Positions 7,693-15,128 of a stretch of DNA of 24,025 bases are shown one piece after another. Position 1 is the stretch's first letter. The number at the start of each line of letters is the position of its first letter. Below the pieces are notes generated by a model, which made no database searches, was not told where the DNA came from, and saw only the letters and a program-made list of their open reading frames with translations. The translations under genes were made by a program, and so were the position numbers. Location of the stretch: the IMG/VR virus record IMGVR_UViG_3300037510_000187, positions 1 to 24,025 of that record. The stretch is one strand, 5' to 3'. The DNA comes from a virus. Lineage: Duplodnaviria > Caudoviricetes.

Positions 7693-7728
7693 ATGACCAA
7701 AGCGCCACCTAATCGGACAATTAGTCCT
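7693..7728 (+). promoter_or_regulatory. PRM-like promoter overlapped by a degenerate operator
   Basis: ATGACC-17 nt-GACAAT, then 7 nt to ATG 7729; GGACAATTAGTCC palindrome at 7715-7727. Confidence 0.55.
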
Positions 7729-7989
7729 ATGGGTCGAGCAACTACACCGGTAAGGTTTCGGGCTGAAATGGCTAAACGCCTGATGTCGGCGCGCATCATG
7801 GCGGGCTTCGAGACCAAGAAGCAGGCCGCCGATGCCCTGCAGATCGGCCTGGACAGGTACGAAAAATGGGAGAGCGGCAGGACGCCAGTACCTCCACAAT
7901 ACGTAGGCCCGGTATGCCAGCTATTTGGCATTGACGCAAACTACCTATTCGGAATCGCTCAGCCTATGGCTTCGCGGAAGGCTGTTTAG
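7729..7989 (+). CDS. XRE-family phage repressor (CI position, HTH only)
   Basis: RLMSARIMAGFETKKQAADALQIGLDRYEKWESGRT.......CQLFGIDANYLFG; flanked by operators; no S24 peptidase domain. Confidence 0.85.
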   Translation: MGRATTPVRFRAEMAKRLMSARIMAGFETKKQAADALQIGLDRYEKWESGRTPVPPQYVGPVCQLFGIDANYLFGIAQPMASRKAV

Positions 7990-8028
7990 CGCCTGACCAC
8001 ATAGCCGACAATTAATCAGTGACTTATG

Positions 8029-8052
8029 AAGCCCGGCTCGCCGGGCTTTTTT
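8029..8052 (+). terminator. Intrinsic terminator of the repressor transcript
   Basis: AAGCCCGG-CTCG-CCGGGCTT followed by TTTT. Confidence 0.85.
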
Positions 8053-8064
8053 GCGCCCTAAGAT

Positions 8065-8107
8065 CCGACAAATTGTCGTTGACATGCCCGACGATTTGTC
8101 GGATAGT
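8065..8107 (+). promoter_or_regulatory. PL-like promoter with two operators
   Basis: TTGACA(8079)-17 nt-GATAGT(8102); operators CCGACAAATTGTCG (8065-8078) and CCCGACGATTTGTCGG (8087-8102, identical to the PR operator); half-site CCGACAATT at 8005. Confidence 0.85.
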
Positions 8108-8114
8108 GCAACCC

Positions 8115-8309
8115 ATGCACAGCGACCACCCCACCGACCAGACCACCATCGCCTTCGTCCTCGACTACCCAAACGAGGCTGCGGAAGAGCTTGAGCGCCT
8201 GCGCAAGATCCAAGCCGCCGCCCTGCGAGTCGCGAGTTCACGTCGCAACGGCATCGTCACTGACCAGGGCGCGCTGGATCTCCTGGATCAGGCGCTCGAG
8301 TCCACCTAA
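8115..8309 (+). CDS. First PL gene, hypothetical
   Basis: ATG 7 nt after the PL -10; the longer track start (8019) would cross the terminator and promoter. Confidence 0.65.
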   Translation: MHSDHPTDQTTIAFVLDYPNEAAEELERLRKIQAAALRVASSRRNGIVTDQGALDLLDQALEST

Positions 8310-8336
8310 CAGATCGAGAACGAGTCGGAGAAGAAC

Positions 8337-8930
8337 ATGAGCAATGCAGGTGACGGCGACAAGCGGAAGGTTTCGACGGACGCGCTCGAAACGCTCGGCA
8401 CGATCATCGGCCCGAATGAGAAGCGCGACGCGATCCATCTGGCAGTGTGCCCGGCCGTTGCCACCGTGCGCGTGTTTCCAGGCCAGGACGTGAACGCCAA
8501 TGGCGAGCCGCTGCAACCGTTCGTCGGCATCGTTGATCCCTTCCTGAAGGCTCCTGTACAGCCTAGCGAACGATTCTGGCTCGTGATCTATCCACGCATG
8601 ATTCATTCCCTTCGGCATGTCTGGACGCACCCGTCGTTCGCCGATGAAGCCGAAACCGTATATCCGCAACCGACTACGAAAGATGAGTCGATGAAATGGA
8701 TCAAGGAATACGCCGACGGCATCGGCTTGCACTGGAGCCGGCTTCTTGATGGTGCGGATGAATGGGTGCGTTCTAAACAGGATGGCGAGCGCTGGGGTGA
8801 ATATCTGGTTGAAGGCGGCACGCTGGAAGGAACAAGCACCGACCCGGAATTCTGGAAGCACTACGAGATCGTTCGAGGCATCACCGTTCCAGAGGATGCC
8901 AAAGAAAACTTCTTCTCGTGCAGCTGCTAG
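8337..8930 (+). CDS. Conserved phage protein ending FFSCSC
   Basis: RDAIHLAV...GIVDPFL...FWL..YP....SLRHVWTHP...FW.HY...FSCSC pattern; GGAG RBS. Confidence 0.85.
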   Translation: MSNAGDGDKRKVSTDALETLGTIIGPNEKRDAIHLAVCPAVATVRVFPGQDVNANGEPLQPFVGIVDPFLKAPVQPSERFWLVIYPRMIHSLRHVWTHPSFADEAETVYPQPTTKDESMKWIKEYADGIGLHWSRLLDGADEWVRSKQDGERWGEYLVEGGTLEGTSTDPEFWKHYEIVRGITVPEDAKENFFSCSC

Positions 8931-8955
8931 TCATCGCACAAATCAGGAGTGAATC

Positions 8956-9234
8956 ATGAACAAAGAACAAATCTATGACGATCAAATCGCGCCGCTGATG
9001 ACGAAGATCATCGAAGTGTGCCAGCAGAATGGCATCGCGATGATCGCGAGTTTCGACATCGAGCACGAAGCCAACCCTGGTCTGCGATGCACGTCTCAAC
9101 TGCCGGATGGCAGTGGCAACTTCACGTTCTCACGCGTGGCCGGTCTGTTGATGGCAACTAGACCGTCGCCGCTGATGCTGACGACGTGCGACGGCGACGG
9201 GAATGTCACAGCGATGACGGCGATCATCTCCTAG
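8956..9234 (+). CDS. Conserved phage hypothetical protein
   Basis: MNKEQIYDDQIAPLM.KII.VC...GIAM.ASF; AGGAG RBS. Confidence 0.85.
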   Translation: MNKEQIYDDQIAPLMTKIIEVCQQNGIAMIASFDIEHEANPGLRCTSQLPDGSGNFTFSRVAGLLMATRPSPLMLTTCDGDGNVTAMTAIIS

Positions 9235-9247
9235 AGCGAGACCGAAC

Positions 9248-9520
9248 GTGGCAAACATTCCCAAATACGCCGACGAAGCTGCATTCCCTCGTCCACGCAT
9301 CGAGAGTCTGCCGAACGACGCCGCAGCACTGACCCTGCTCCCAGAACAGTGGGGCCTCACCAAGCGCGAGCTGTTCGCGGCGATGGCGATGCAAGGCTGG
9401 CTCGCCGGTTGTAGCAACGCCTACTACGAGTTCACCGGCCCAGCGAGTAACCCCGGTGTGTTGGCGAGAAGTTGCGTCAAGTTCGCCGACGCCCTGCTGG
9501 CCGAACTGGCGAAGCAATAG
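9248..9520 (+). CDS. Conserved small phage protein (AFP...GLTKRELFAAMAMQG family)
   Basis: AFP / GLTKRELFAAMAMQG / ADALLAEL motif set. Confidence 0.85.
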   Translation: MANIPKYADEAAFPRPRIESLPNDAAALTLLPEQWGLTKRELFAAMAMQGWLAGCSNAYYEFTGPASNPGVLARSCVKFADALLAELAKQ

Positions 9521-9534
9521 AGCGAGCGCGCGAC

Positions 9535-10185
9535 ATGGCCACCAATCCAGTACTAACCCAGGAACAGGCTCGCCAGATCACGCGAGGCCGTACTCCGCTA
9601 GTGCCTCTTGAATATGAGACTGCAGTCAAGTCACTTCAGGCATGTCTCACGCTGGATGAGGCTAAGTACTGGAGCGACAAGGCCGACGCCTTGGCGGCAT
9701 GGTCCAGGATCTATCGCAACGATGAAGCAGGACTTAAGGCGAAGCGTCTCAAGCTCCATGCCTTTCGCCGGATCGGCGAGCTCGCAGCTGAGCTGCGACC
9801 TCGCAAAGGCCCGACGGGACGCAATGGGGCGGTTCCTGGCGCGGTCTCGCTGCTGAAGTCTCACGGATTCAGCAAGACCGCGGCGAATGCCGCGCGGTCG
9901 CTCGCGATGATGAGCAAGACGAAGTTTCGGGAAGTGCTTCGTGAGCCGAAGTCACCGATCACGGTACTGCATGAGCAGACGCACAGGAATCCCAATTGGC
10001 ACATGTTTGCTAAGAGCGCAATGGTGCTGCGGTCCTGGATGCGCAGCCATGACGCTGTCACGTTTGCTGCGCTCGTGAAGTCCCTCGGGGAGCGTGAGAT
10101 TACAGCCGCTCGGAAGCTGATTGTGGATCTGGATGAATGGCTGGATGAACTTGACCAAGCGCTTCCGAAAGCGAAGACCAACTGA
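9535..10185 (+). CDS. Hypothetical, probable DNA-binding protein
   Basis: LDEAK.W.DKADALAAW.....KRLKLHAFRRIGEL helical domain, then a basic HTH-like segment; start ATG 9535. Confidence 0.75.
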   Translation: MATNPVLTQEQARQITRGRTPLVPLEYETAVKSLQACLTLDEAKYWSDKADALAAWSRIYRNDEAGLKAKRLKLHAFRRIGELAAELRPRKGPTGRNGAVPGAVSLLKSHGFSKTAANAARSLAMMSKTKFREVLREPKSPITVLHEQTHRNPNWHMFAKSAMVLRSWMRSHDAVTFAALVKSLGEREITAARKLIVDLDEWLDELDQALPKAKTN

Positions 10186-10204
10186 CCTCAGAGAGCGAAC
10201 GAAC

Positions 10205-10525
10205 ATGAAGTCAGAATACAAAGGCCCTTGGCTCAAAGCCCTTCGAAGCGGCCGTTACGAGCAGGGCCGTTCCTATATCAATAGCCAAGGCCGCTTTTGC
10301 TGTCTCGGCGTTCTATGCGATGTCGCTGGAATCCAGTGGTCTGAGCCAGACGAGTCTGGTGATCGAAAATCACTCGATGGCACGACAGACTACTGCAATC
10401 TCACCGAGAAAGGTTGCGCAATATTCGGTTTACGCATCAAGGATGTCGCTGCGCTCACCCGTATGAACGACTCCGAAGGCAAGTCGTTCTCTGAAATTGC
10501 CGATTACATCGAGCGCGCTCTGTAG
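10205..10525 (+). CDS. Conserved phage protein (WL.ALRSG.Y.QG / FCCLGV.C / MND...SF.EIAD.IE family)
   Basis: Motif recognition; start ATG 10205. Confidence 0.85.
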   Translation: MKSEYKGPWLKALRSGRYEQGRSYINSQGRFCCLGVLCDVAGIQWSEPDESGDRKSLDGTTDYCNLTEKGCAIFGLRIKDVAALTRMNDSEGKSFSEIADYIERAL

Positions 10526-10551
10526 CTCGCTCTCACGAACGGAGAAGGTCG

Positions 10552-10866
10552 ATGAAAGAATTTGGCATTGGATTGTTAGCAATCGTTGCGCTGATCGCGC
10601 TCGGATGGCTATTCGCCGGCAACAGCCTCGTCATGCAGAAGGTATTTGCACCGGCACATGAGCAAGTCCGGCGTGAGACCTTTGAGCAGTCGAAGGCATA
10701 CCGCGACGGCGTAATTCAAGAGATTCGCGCCATGCAGTTCGAGTATCTGAAAGCGGATGACGCCCACAAAGCAGCGATGGGCGCTGTAATTCGTCACAAG
10801 CTGGCCGGCTTCCCAGCCGATGCGCTGCCTTCCGATCTACAACAATTCGTCGTGGAGTTACCGTGA
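10552..10866 (+). CDS. N-terminally membrane-anchored protein
   Basis: TM segment FGIGLLAIVALIALGWLFAG, then EQVRRETFEQSKAY..G. Confidence 0.85.
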   Translation: MKEFGIGLLAIVALIALGWLFAGNSLVMQKVFAPAHEQVRRETFEQSKAYRDGVIQEIRAMQFEYLKADDAHKAAMGAVIRHKLAGFPADALPSDLQQFVVELP

Positions 10867-11351
10867 AAACATTGGCACTTGTTTCCATGCTCGCGCTCGG
10901 CTTGGCTGGCTGCGATGAGATCCCCAAGGACAGTAACCGCATTCAGGCTGAACAGCAGGAACGCATTCTCAAAGAAGGGACAGCTCAGCTTGGAATGCCG
11001 GCCATCAAGAACTTCCGCGAGCGGCGTACGCTCAAGATGATCTACGAGCTACGCGACCAGGAAGGCTTGAGCACCTACACGTATGTAGTTGCGGAGCAAA
11101 CCGGCAGGCCCGTGTTCCTGTGCGACTCGATTGGATACGCGATCTCTGATGCGACCGGCTATACCAATCCCGACAAGGTGATGAAGGACTACAGCGGTGT
11201 GTTCGCCACGATGCCCCAGGCGGAGCCCAACGGCCTATTCACGCCCGATGTATCCGACGCTAACTGGATTCTGTGTATCGATCCTGAGAAGAAGAAGCCG
11301 CTACCGGTGTTTGTTAGCTCACGAGTCATCGTGTCTGCATTCAAGCTGTAG
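10863..11351 (+). CDS. Lipoprotein
   Basis: MKTLALVSMLALG-LAGC lipobox; GTGA overlap with the upstream membrane gene; PQAEPNGLF motif. Confidence 0.85.
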   Translation: MKTLALVSMLALGLAGCDEIPKDSNRIQAEQQERILKEGTAQLGMPAIKNFRERRTLKMIYELRDQEGLSTYTYVVAEQTGRPVFLCDSIGYAISDATGYTNPDKVMKDYSGVFATMPQAEPNGLFTPDVSDANWILCIDPEKKKPLPVFVSSRVIVSAFKL

Positions 11352-11371
11352 AGCATCGCAGGAGAAACACG

Positions 11372-11536
11372 ATGGTCTGCAACACGAATCCCGGCGAGTG
11401 GCTCAAGGCCATGGCCGATGAAGAATCGGAAGGCTCGCGCACGCCGGCGCAGTTGCCGGACCTCGTGTACTTCCATGGCGTGATCGTCACTCGTGAGACG
11501 GCTGCCGAGGCGCAGGCCGATCTGGAGGCCGCATGA
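11372..11536 (+). CDS. Small acidic hypothetical protein (54 aa)
   Basis: Not in the track; AGGAG RBS; MVCNTNPGEWLKAMADEE...ADLEAA*; ATGA overlap. Confidence 0.7.
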   Translation: MVCNTNPGEWLKAMADEESEGSRTPAQLPDLVYFHGVIVTRETAAEAQADLEAA

Positions 11537-12024
11537 ATACGCCTGCCCTCATTACCGCGCGCCCGATTGAGCGGCCGAATTACATGAATGCGCCGGTTAC
11601 GTTGGAAACATTCCAGCGCTGGTTCATTGCCAACTATTACGCGATGCGCCGTTATTGGCTGGAGCTTCAGGAATGCACCGGCGCGCAGGAAACCGCTGGT
11701 GAGTTCCTGGAGTGGGCGCACTGCCAGTACGACATCGCGAAGAGATCAACTCAATCCCCCTCCTCTCCTGATGGGCAGCACGGGCGTAAGTCAGCTTTAT
11801 GCGGTGCCCAGCACGAACTGTCTGGAGAGGATTCACAAGCCGGCTCCGGGACTGCAGGGGCCGGCTCTTTCTACCCGGTTACCTGCCGCGCTCGCTACTA
11901 CGACGCGGCGAGCAGGATTCTTGAGGATGAGACGAACCTGTTCACGCATGACAACGCAGACGAGCTCGGCCACGTGATCCAGAAGTGGATCGAAGAGACG
12001 CGAAACAACTGGGAGCCGCGGTGA
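11533..12024 (+). CDS. Hypothetical protein with an internal structured-RNA segment
   Basis: GGAGG RBS; two protein-like halves joined by a linker encoded by hairpins. Confidence 0.65.
   Translation: MNTPALITARPIERPNYMNAPVTLETFQRWFIANYYAMRRYWLELQECTGAQETAGEFLEWAHCQYDIAKRSTQSPSSPDGQHGRKSALCGAQHELSGEDSQAGSGTAGAGSFYPVTCRARYYDAASRILEDETNLFTHDNADELGHVIQKWIEETRNNWEPR
11838..11872 (+). terminator. Terminator-like hairpin (tL-like) inside the ORF
   Basis: AGCCGGCTCC-9 nt-GGGGCCGGCT followed by CTTTCT. Confidence 0.55.
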
Positions 12025-12206
12025 TGGCTGCGAACGACGACACCTTCCGCGAAGAGCCGAAGGTGCTGACTGCTAAAGATCGGATCGAGGCGCTGTTGAT
12101 GTCCTCAGCGAACGAGGATCGTGCAGCGATTCTCGGGCCAGAGGAGCAACCGATGAAGGACCTTCTCATGCGCAACGCTGCACTGTTTCGGAGGCTCGCG
12201 TCATGA
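12024..12206 (+). CDS. Hypothetical protein
   Basis: TGATG coupling; GGGAG RBS. Confidence 0.65.
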   Translation: MAANDDTFREEPKVLTAKDRIEALLMSSANEDRAAILGPEEQPMKDLLMRNAALFRRLAS

Positions 12207-12301
12207 GCACAGCCGCGAAGATCGGAGCAGTTCTCTTTGTGGTCGCATGTATCGCGGCCCTGTGGCTCGGGGCTTGGCTTGCTGAGCAGGTGGTGTCATG
12301 A
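12203..12301 (+). CDS. 32-aa single-pass membrane peptide
   Basis: Not in the track; GGAGG RBS; MSTAAKIGAVLFVVACIAALWLGAWLAEQVVS*; ATGA overlaps at both ends. Confidence 0.7.
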   Translation: MSTAAKIGAVLFVVACIAALWLGAWLAEQVVS

Positions 12302-12471
12302 ACTTTCGAGCACGAGCGGAGATGTTGGTGCTGTTCCCGAGGCGAATCCTGGCCGTCTATCAGGATCTCACAATGCCGCGCCGTGACTGGTCGAAGTACG
12401 ACGCGCCGGCCGTGCAGCGTAAGCGCACTTGGAACAGCGTGAAGTTTGAAAATGTGAGGAAAGGAAAATGA
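12298..12471 (+). CDS. 57-aa basic protein with an FtsZ-tail-like motif
   Basis: Not in the track; MNFRARAEML...RRDWSKYDAPAVQRKRTW...GK*; ATGA overlaps at both ends. Confidence 0.7.
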   Translation: MNFRARAEMLVLFPRRILAVYQDLTMPRRDWSKYDAPAVQRKRTWNSVKFENVRKGK

Positions 12472-13247
12472 GCGCCGAAGCAACGAAGATCACCGACCGC
12501 CGCGCGATGACGGTCCTGGCGGAGCAGCCGGCATCTTTGCCGACCATTACGCCGATGGAAATGCTGGCCATCGCCGTCAAGCAAGGCGCGGACCTGGAAA
12601 AGATGCGCATGCTGATGGATTTGAAGCGCGAGTGGGAAGCGGACGAGGCGCGCCGTAAGTTCAACGAGGCATTCGCGGCATTCAAGGCCGAGGCAATCGT
12701 GATCGTGAAAAGCACGCTCATCAAAGACGGTCCGCTGAAGGGGAAAAAGCACGCCAACCTATTCGATGTTGTTGGCGCGGTCACTCCAAAACTGTCCGCT
12801 CACGGGCTGTCGATCGCGTGGAAACTCACGAAGGATGACAAGGACTGGATGGAGGTGACCTGCACGCTTCGTCATGCAGCGGGCCACTCCGAGAGCGTAT
12901 CGATGGGCGGCGGACCTGATACCGGCCCTGGGCGAAACGCTATCCAGGCGCGCGGCAGCACGAAGTCATATCTGGAGCGGTACACGGCGACTGCGATTCT
13001 AGGACTGGCTGCGAGTGATGACGACGATGATGGCAATAGCGCTGGCAAGGATTCCAAGCCGGAAGTCATTGCCCCGACTGGTTACGACAAGTGGCGCGCT
13101 GACATGAAAGCGTTGGCTGATGAAGGCACGGAGCGCTTGCAAGATGCTTGGAAGAAGTCCAACGAAGACTTCCGCCGTCACGCCGTTGATCATGACGAGT
13201 CGTGGTGGAAAGAGACGAAGCGCAACGCCGCCAAGGTGAAGTCATGA
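12468..13247 (+). CDS. erf: ERF-family single-strand annealing protein
   Basis: ANL.DV...V.P.LSAHGL...VTCTLRH..GHSE...NAIQARGS..SYL.RY....ILGLA..DDD. Confidence 0.9.
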   Translation: MSAEATKITDRRAMTVLAEQPASLPTITPMEMLAIAVKQGADLEKMRMLMDLKREWEADEARRKFNEAFAAFKAEAIVIVKSTLIKDGPLKGKKHANLFDVVGAVTPKLSAHGLSIAWKLTKDDKDWMEVTCTLRHAAGHSESVSMGGGPDTGPGRNAIQARGSTKSYLERYTATAILGLAASDDDDDGNSAGKDSKPEVIAPTGYDKWRADMKALADEGTERLQDAWKKSNEDFRRHAVDHDESWWKETKRNAAKVKS

Positions 13248-13891
13248 ACCGCTTCACGATCATCGACTGCGAACAGCGGAGCCAAGAGTGGTTCGCCGCG
13301 CGCGCCGGGCGCCTCACAGGCTCTGCCGCTGCCGACATGATGCGCAAGACCAAGTCCGGCGACTGGGCCGCATCGCGTAAGCATCTACGTATGCGACTCG
13401 CACTTGAGCGCATCACTGGCCAGCCGCAAGAGCGCGCGTTCACAACGGCAGCTGTGGAGCGTGGGCGCGAGCTTGAGGGTATGGCCGCGTCCAGATACGA
13501 GGCAGAGACGGGCTACATCTTGGAGCCGCTCGGCTTCCTTTCTATGGGGCCGATCATGGCGGGTTGCTCGCTCGACTCGTTCATTCATGGCCGACGTGGG
13601 CTGGTTGAGATCAAGTGCCCAGAGTCCGCCACCCACTACGAGTACCTGAAGACGCGTGAGATCCCGCCTGACTACCGCTGGCAGTGCATCCATAACCTAT
13701 GGGTGACCGGCGCGGAGATTGCCGATTTCATCAGCTTCGATGACCGCTTCCCGGATGACCTGCAGTACCTGTGCGTCAGCCTACAGCGCAAAGAGCGCGA
13801 GATCGAAGCGTATGAAGCCGAGGTAAGCAAGTTCCTGGCGGAAGTCGCCGTCGAAGTTAACGAGATCAACAAACTGAGGAAGGCTGCATGA
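13244..13891 (+). CDS. YqaJ / lambda-exonuclease family protein
   Basis: EQRSQEWFAARAGRLTGS...RGRELE..A...YE...GCSLD...LVEIKCP...Y.WQC..NLWVTG...DFISFD.R. Confidence 0.9.
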   Translation: MNRFTIIDCEQRSQEWFAARAGRLTGSAAADMMRKTKSGDWAASRKHLRMRLALERITGQPQERAFTTAAVERGRELEGMAASRYEAETGYILEPLGFLSMGPIMAGCSLDSFIHGRRGLVEIKCPESATHYEYLKTREIPPDYRWQCIHNLWVTGAEIADFISFDDRFPDDLQYLCVSLQRKEREIEAYEAEVSKFLAEVAVEVNEINKLRKAA

Positions 13892-14946
13892 GCACTGCCA
13901 TCGTAGAAGTTCAGACCGCCGTTGCAGAGTTCGACAAAGTCGCTGCTGGGCTCGCAGAGCTACAGAAACAATACGGCGGCGTCGTGTACGACGTGACCAC
14001 GACCAAGGGCATGGACGAAGCCAAGGCTGCCCGCGCTGCCGTCCGTGAGCCTCGCTACGAGATCGAGCGCGTGCGCAAAGCGGCGAAGGCGCCCATCCTT
14101 AAGCTTGGCAAGGAACTGGACGACCGGGCGAAGGCGATCACGGCTGACATCCTGAAGATCGAGGAACCTATCGACGAGCAGATCAAGAACGAAGAAGCCC
14201 GCAAGGAGGCTGAGAAGCAAGCGAAGATCCTCGCTGAGCAGAAGCGTGTCGCCGCACTCCAGGAACGTGTCGCTGAGCTGCGCGGCAACCGGATGCTCTC
14301 TGCTACTTCCGGTTCCGAATTGCTCGCCGAGCACATCAGCGGTGTGGAAGACATCGCCGTTGACGATTCATTCCAAGAATTCCGCGAGCAAGCTGAAGTA
14401 GCAAAGGCCGAAGGGCTGGAATGGCTGCGCAACGTTCACGCCGCCGCCGTTGCTCACGAAGCCGAACAGGCGCGCATCAAGGCCGAACGGGAAGAACTCG
14501 CACGGCTGCGCGCTGAGGAGGAGAAGCGCCAGGCCGCTGAGCGCGCTCGAATCGCTGAGGAAGAACGCGTTGCTAAAGCTACTCGTGACGCCGAGGCCGC
14601 AAGGCAAGCTGAAGAATTGCGCCAAATGCGCCTTGAACAAGCGCAGGCTGCCGAAGCAGAGCGCAGGCGCATCGCCGCCGAGGAAACGGCTGCAAAGGCA
14701 ATTCGCGACGCCGAGGCAAAGAAGCTTGCCGAAGAGCGCGCGGAGTTCGAGCGCCAGCAGGCAGAAGCGCGACGAATCAAGGAGGAGCAGGAACGCGCCG
14801 AGCGCGAGCGCGCCCGTCTCGCTGCAATCAAGAAGCCTGCCGACGATGAGTTGCTCGGTGTCTTGGCGCGGCACTACAACGTGCCAGCGACCAAGGTTGT
14901 CGAATGGATTCTCGCGATGGACCTGTCGAAGGACATCGCCGCATGA
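13888..14946 (+). CDS. Long coiled-coil protein (DUF1351-like N-terminus, E/A/R-rich tail)
   Basis: VYDVTT.KGM..AK..R...R......E..RK..KAP...IEEPID..IK; follows the recombination genes. Confidence 0.8.
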   Translation: MSTAIVEVQTAVAEFDKVAAGLAELQKQYGGVVYDVTTTKGMDEAKAARAAVREPRYEIERVRKAAKAPILKLGKELDDRAKAITADILKIEEPIDEQIKNEEARKEAEKQAKILAEQKRVAALQERVAELRGNRMLSATSGSELLAEHISGVEDIAVDDSFQEFREQAEVAKAEGLEWLRNVHAAAVAHEAEQARIKAEREELARLRAEEEKRQAAERARIAEEERVAKATRDAEAARQAEELRQMRLEQAQAAEAERRRIAAEETAAKAIRDAEAKKLAEERAEFERQQAEARRIKEEQERAERERARLAAIKKPADDELLGVLARHYNVPATKVVEWILAMDLSKDIAA

Positions 14947-15128
14947 GCGCGCGCCGCTGGCCGATCTACACCATGGACGTTGGCACCTGGTTTCAGGTGT
15001 CATCGCTGCCGCGAAGCTTCCGCAAAAAGGTATGGCGGTACGAAGGCGAGTCCGGAAAGAAGTTCACTATCCGCCGTTGGGAGACTGACGACCCTAACTC
15101 GCCGATGGTCGTGAGGAGGATTGCGTGA
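14943..15128 (+). CDS. Small basic, putative DNA-binding protein
   Basis: WPIYTMDVG.WF...GKKFTIR...VRRIA; 4-nt overlaps. Confidence 0.7.
   Translation: MSARRWPIYTMDVGTWFQVSSLPRSFRKKVWRYEGESGKKFTIRRWETDDPNSPMVVRRIA

Noticed and set aside
7366-7728. N-terminal extension making the repressor 207 aa
   Set aside because: Overlaps cro on the opposite strand and crosses the PR/PRM promoters and operators; the HTH starts after ATG 7729
8310-11371. Integron cassette array
   Set aside because: Spacers are far too short for attC sites, there are no RYYYAAC/GTTRRRY boxes, and the integrase is lambda-type rather than IntI
14400-14830. Repetitive GCCGAG/GAAGAA-rich DNA
   Set aside because: Explained by E/A/R coiled-coil codons; not a DNA repeat array
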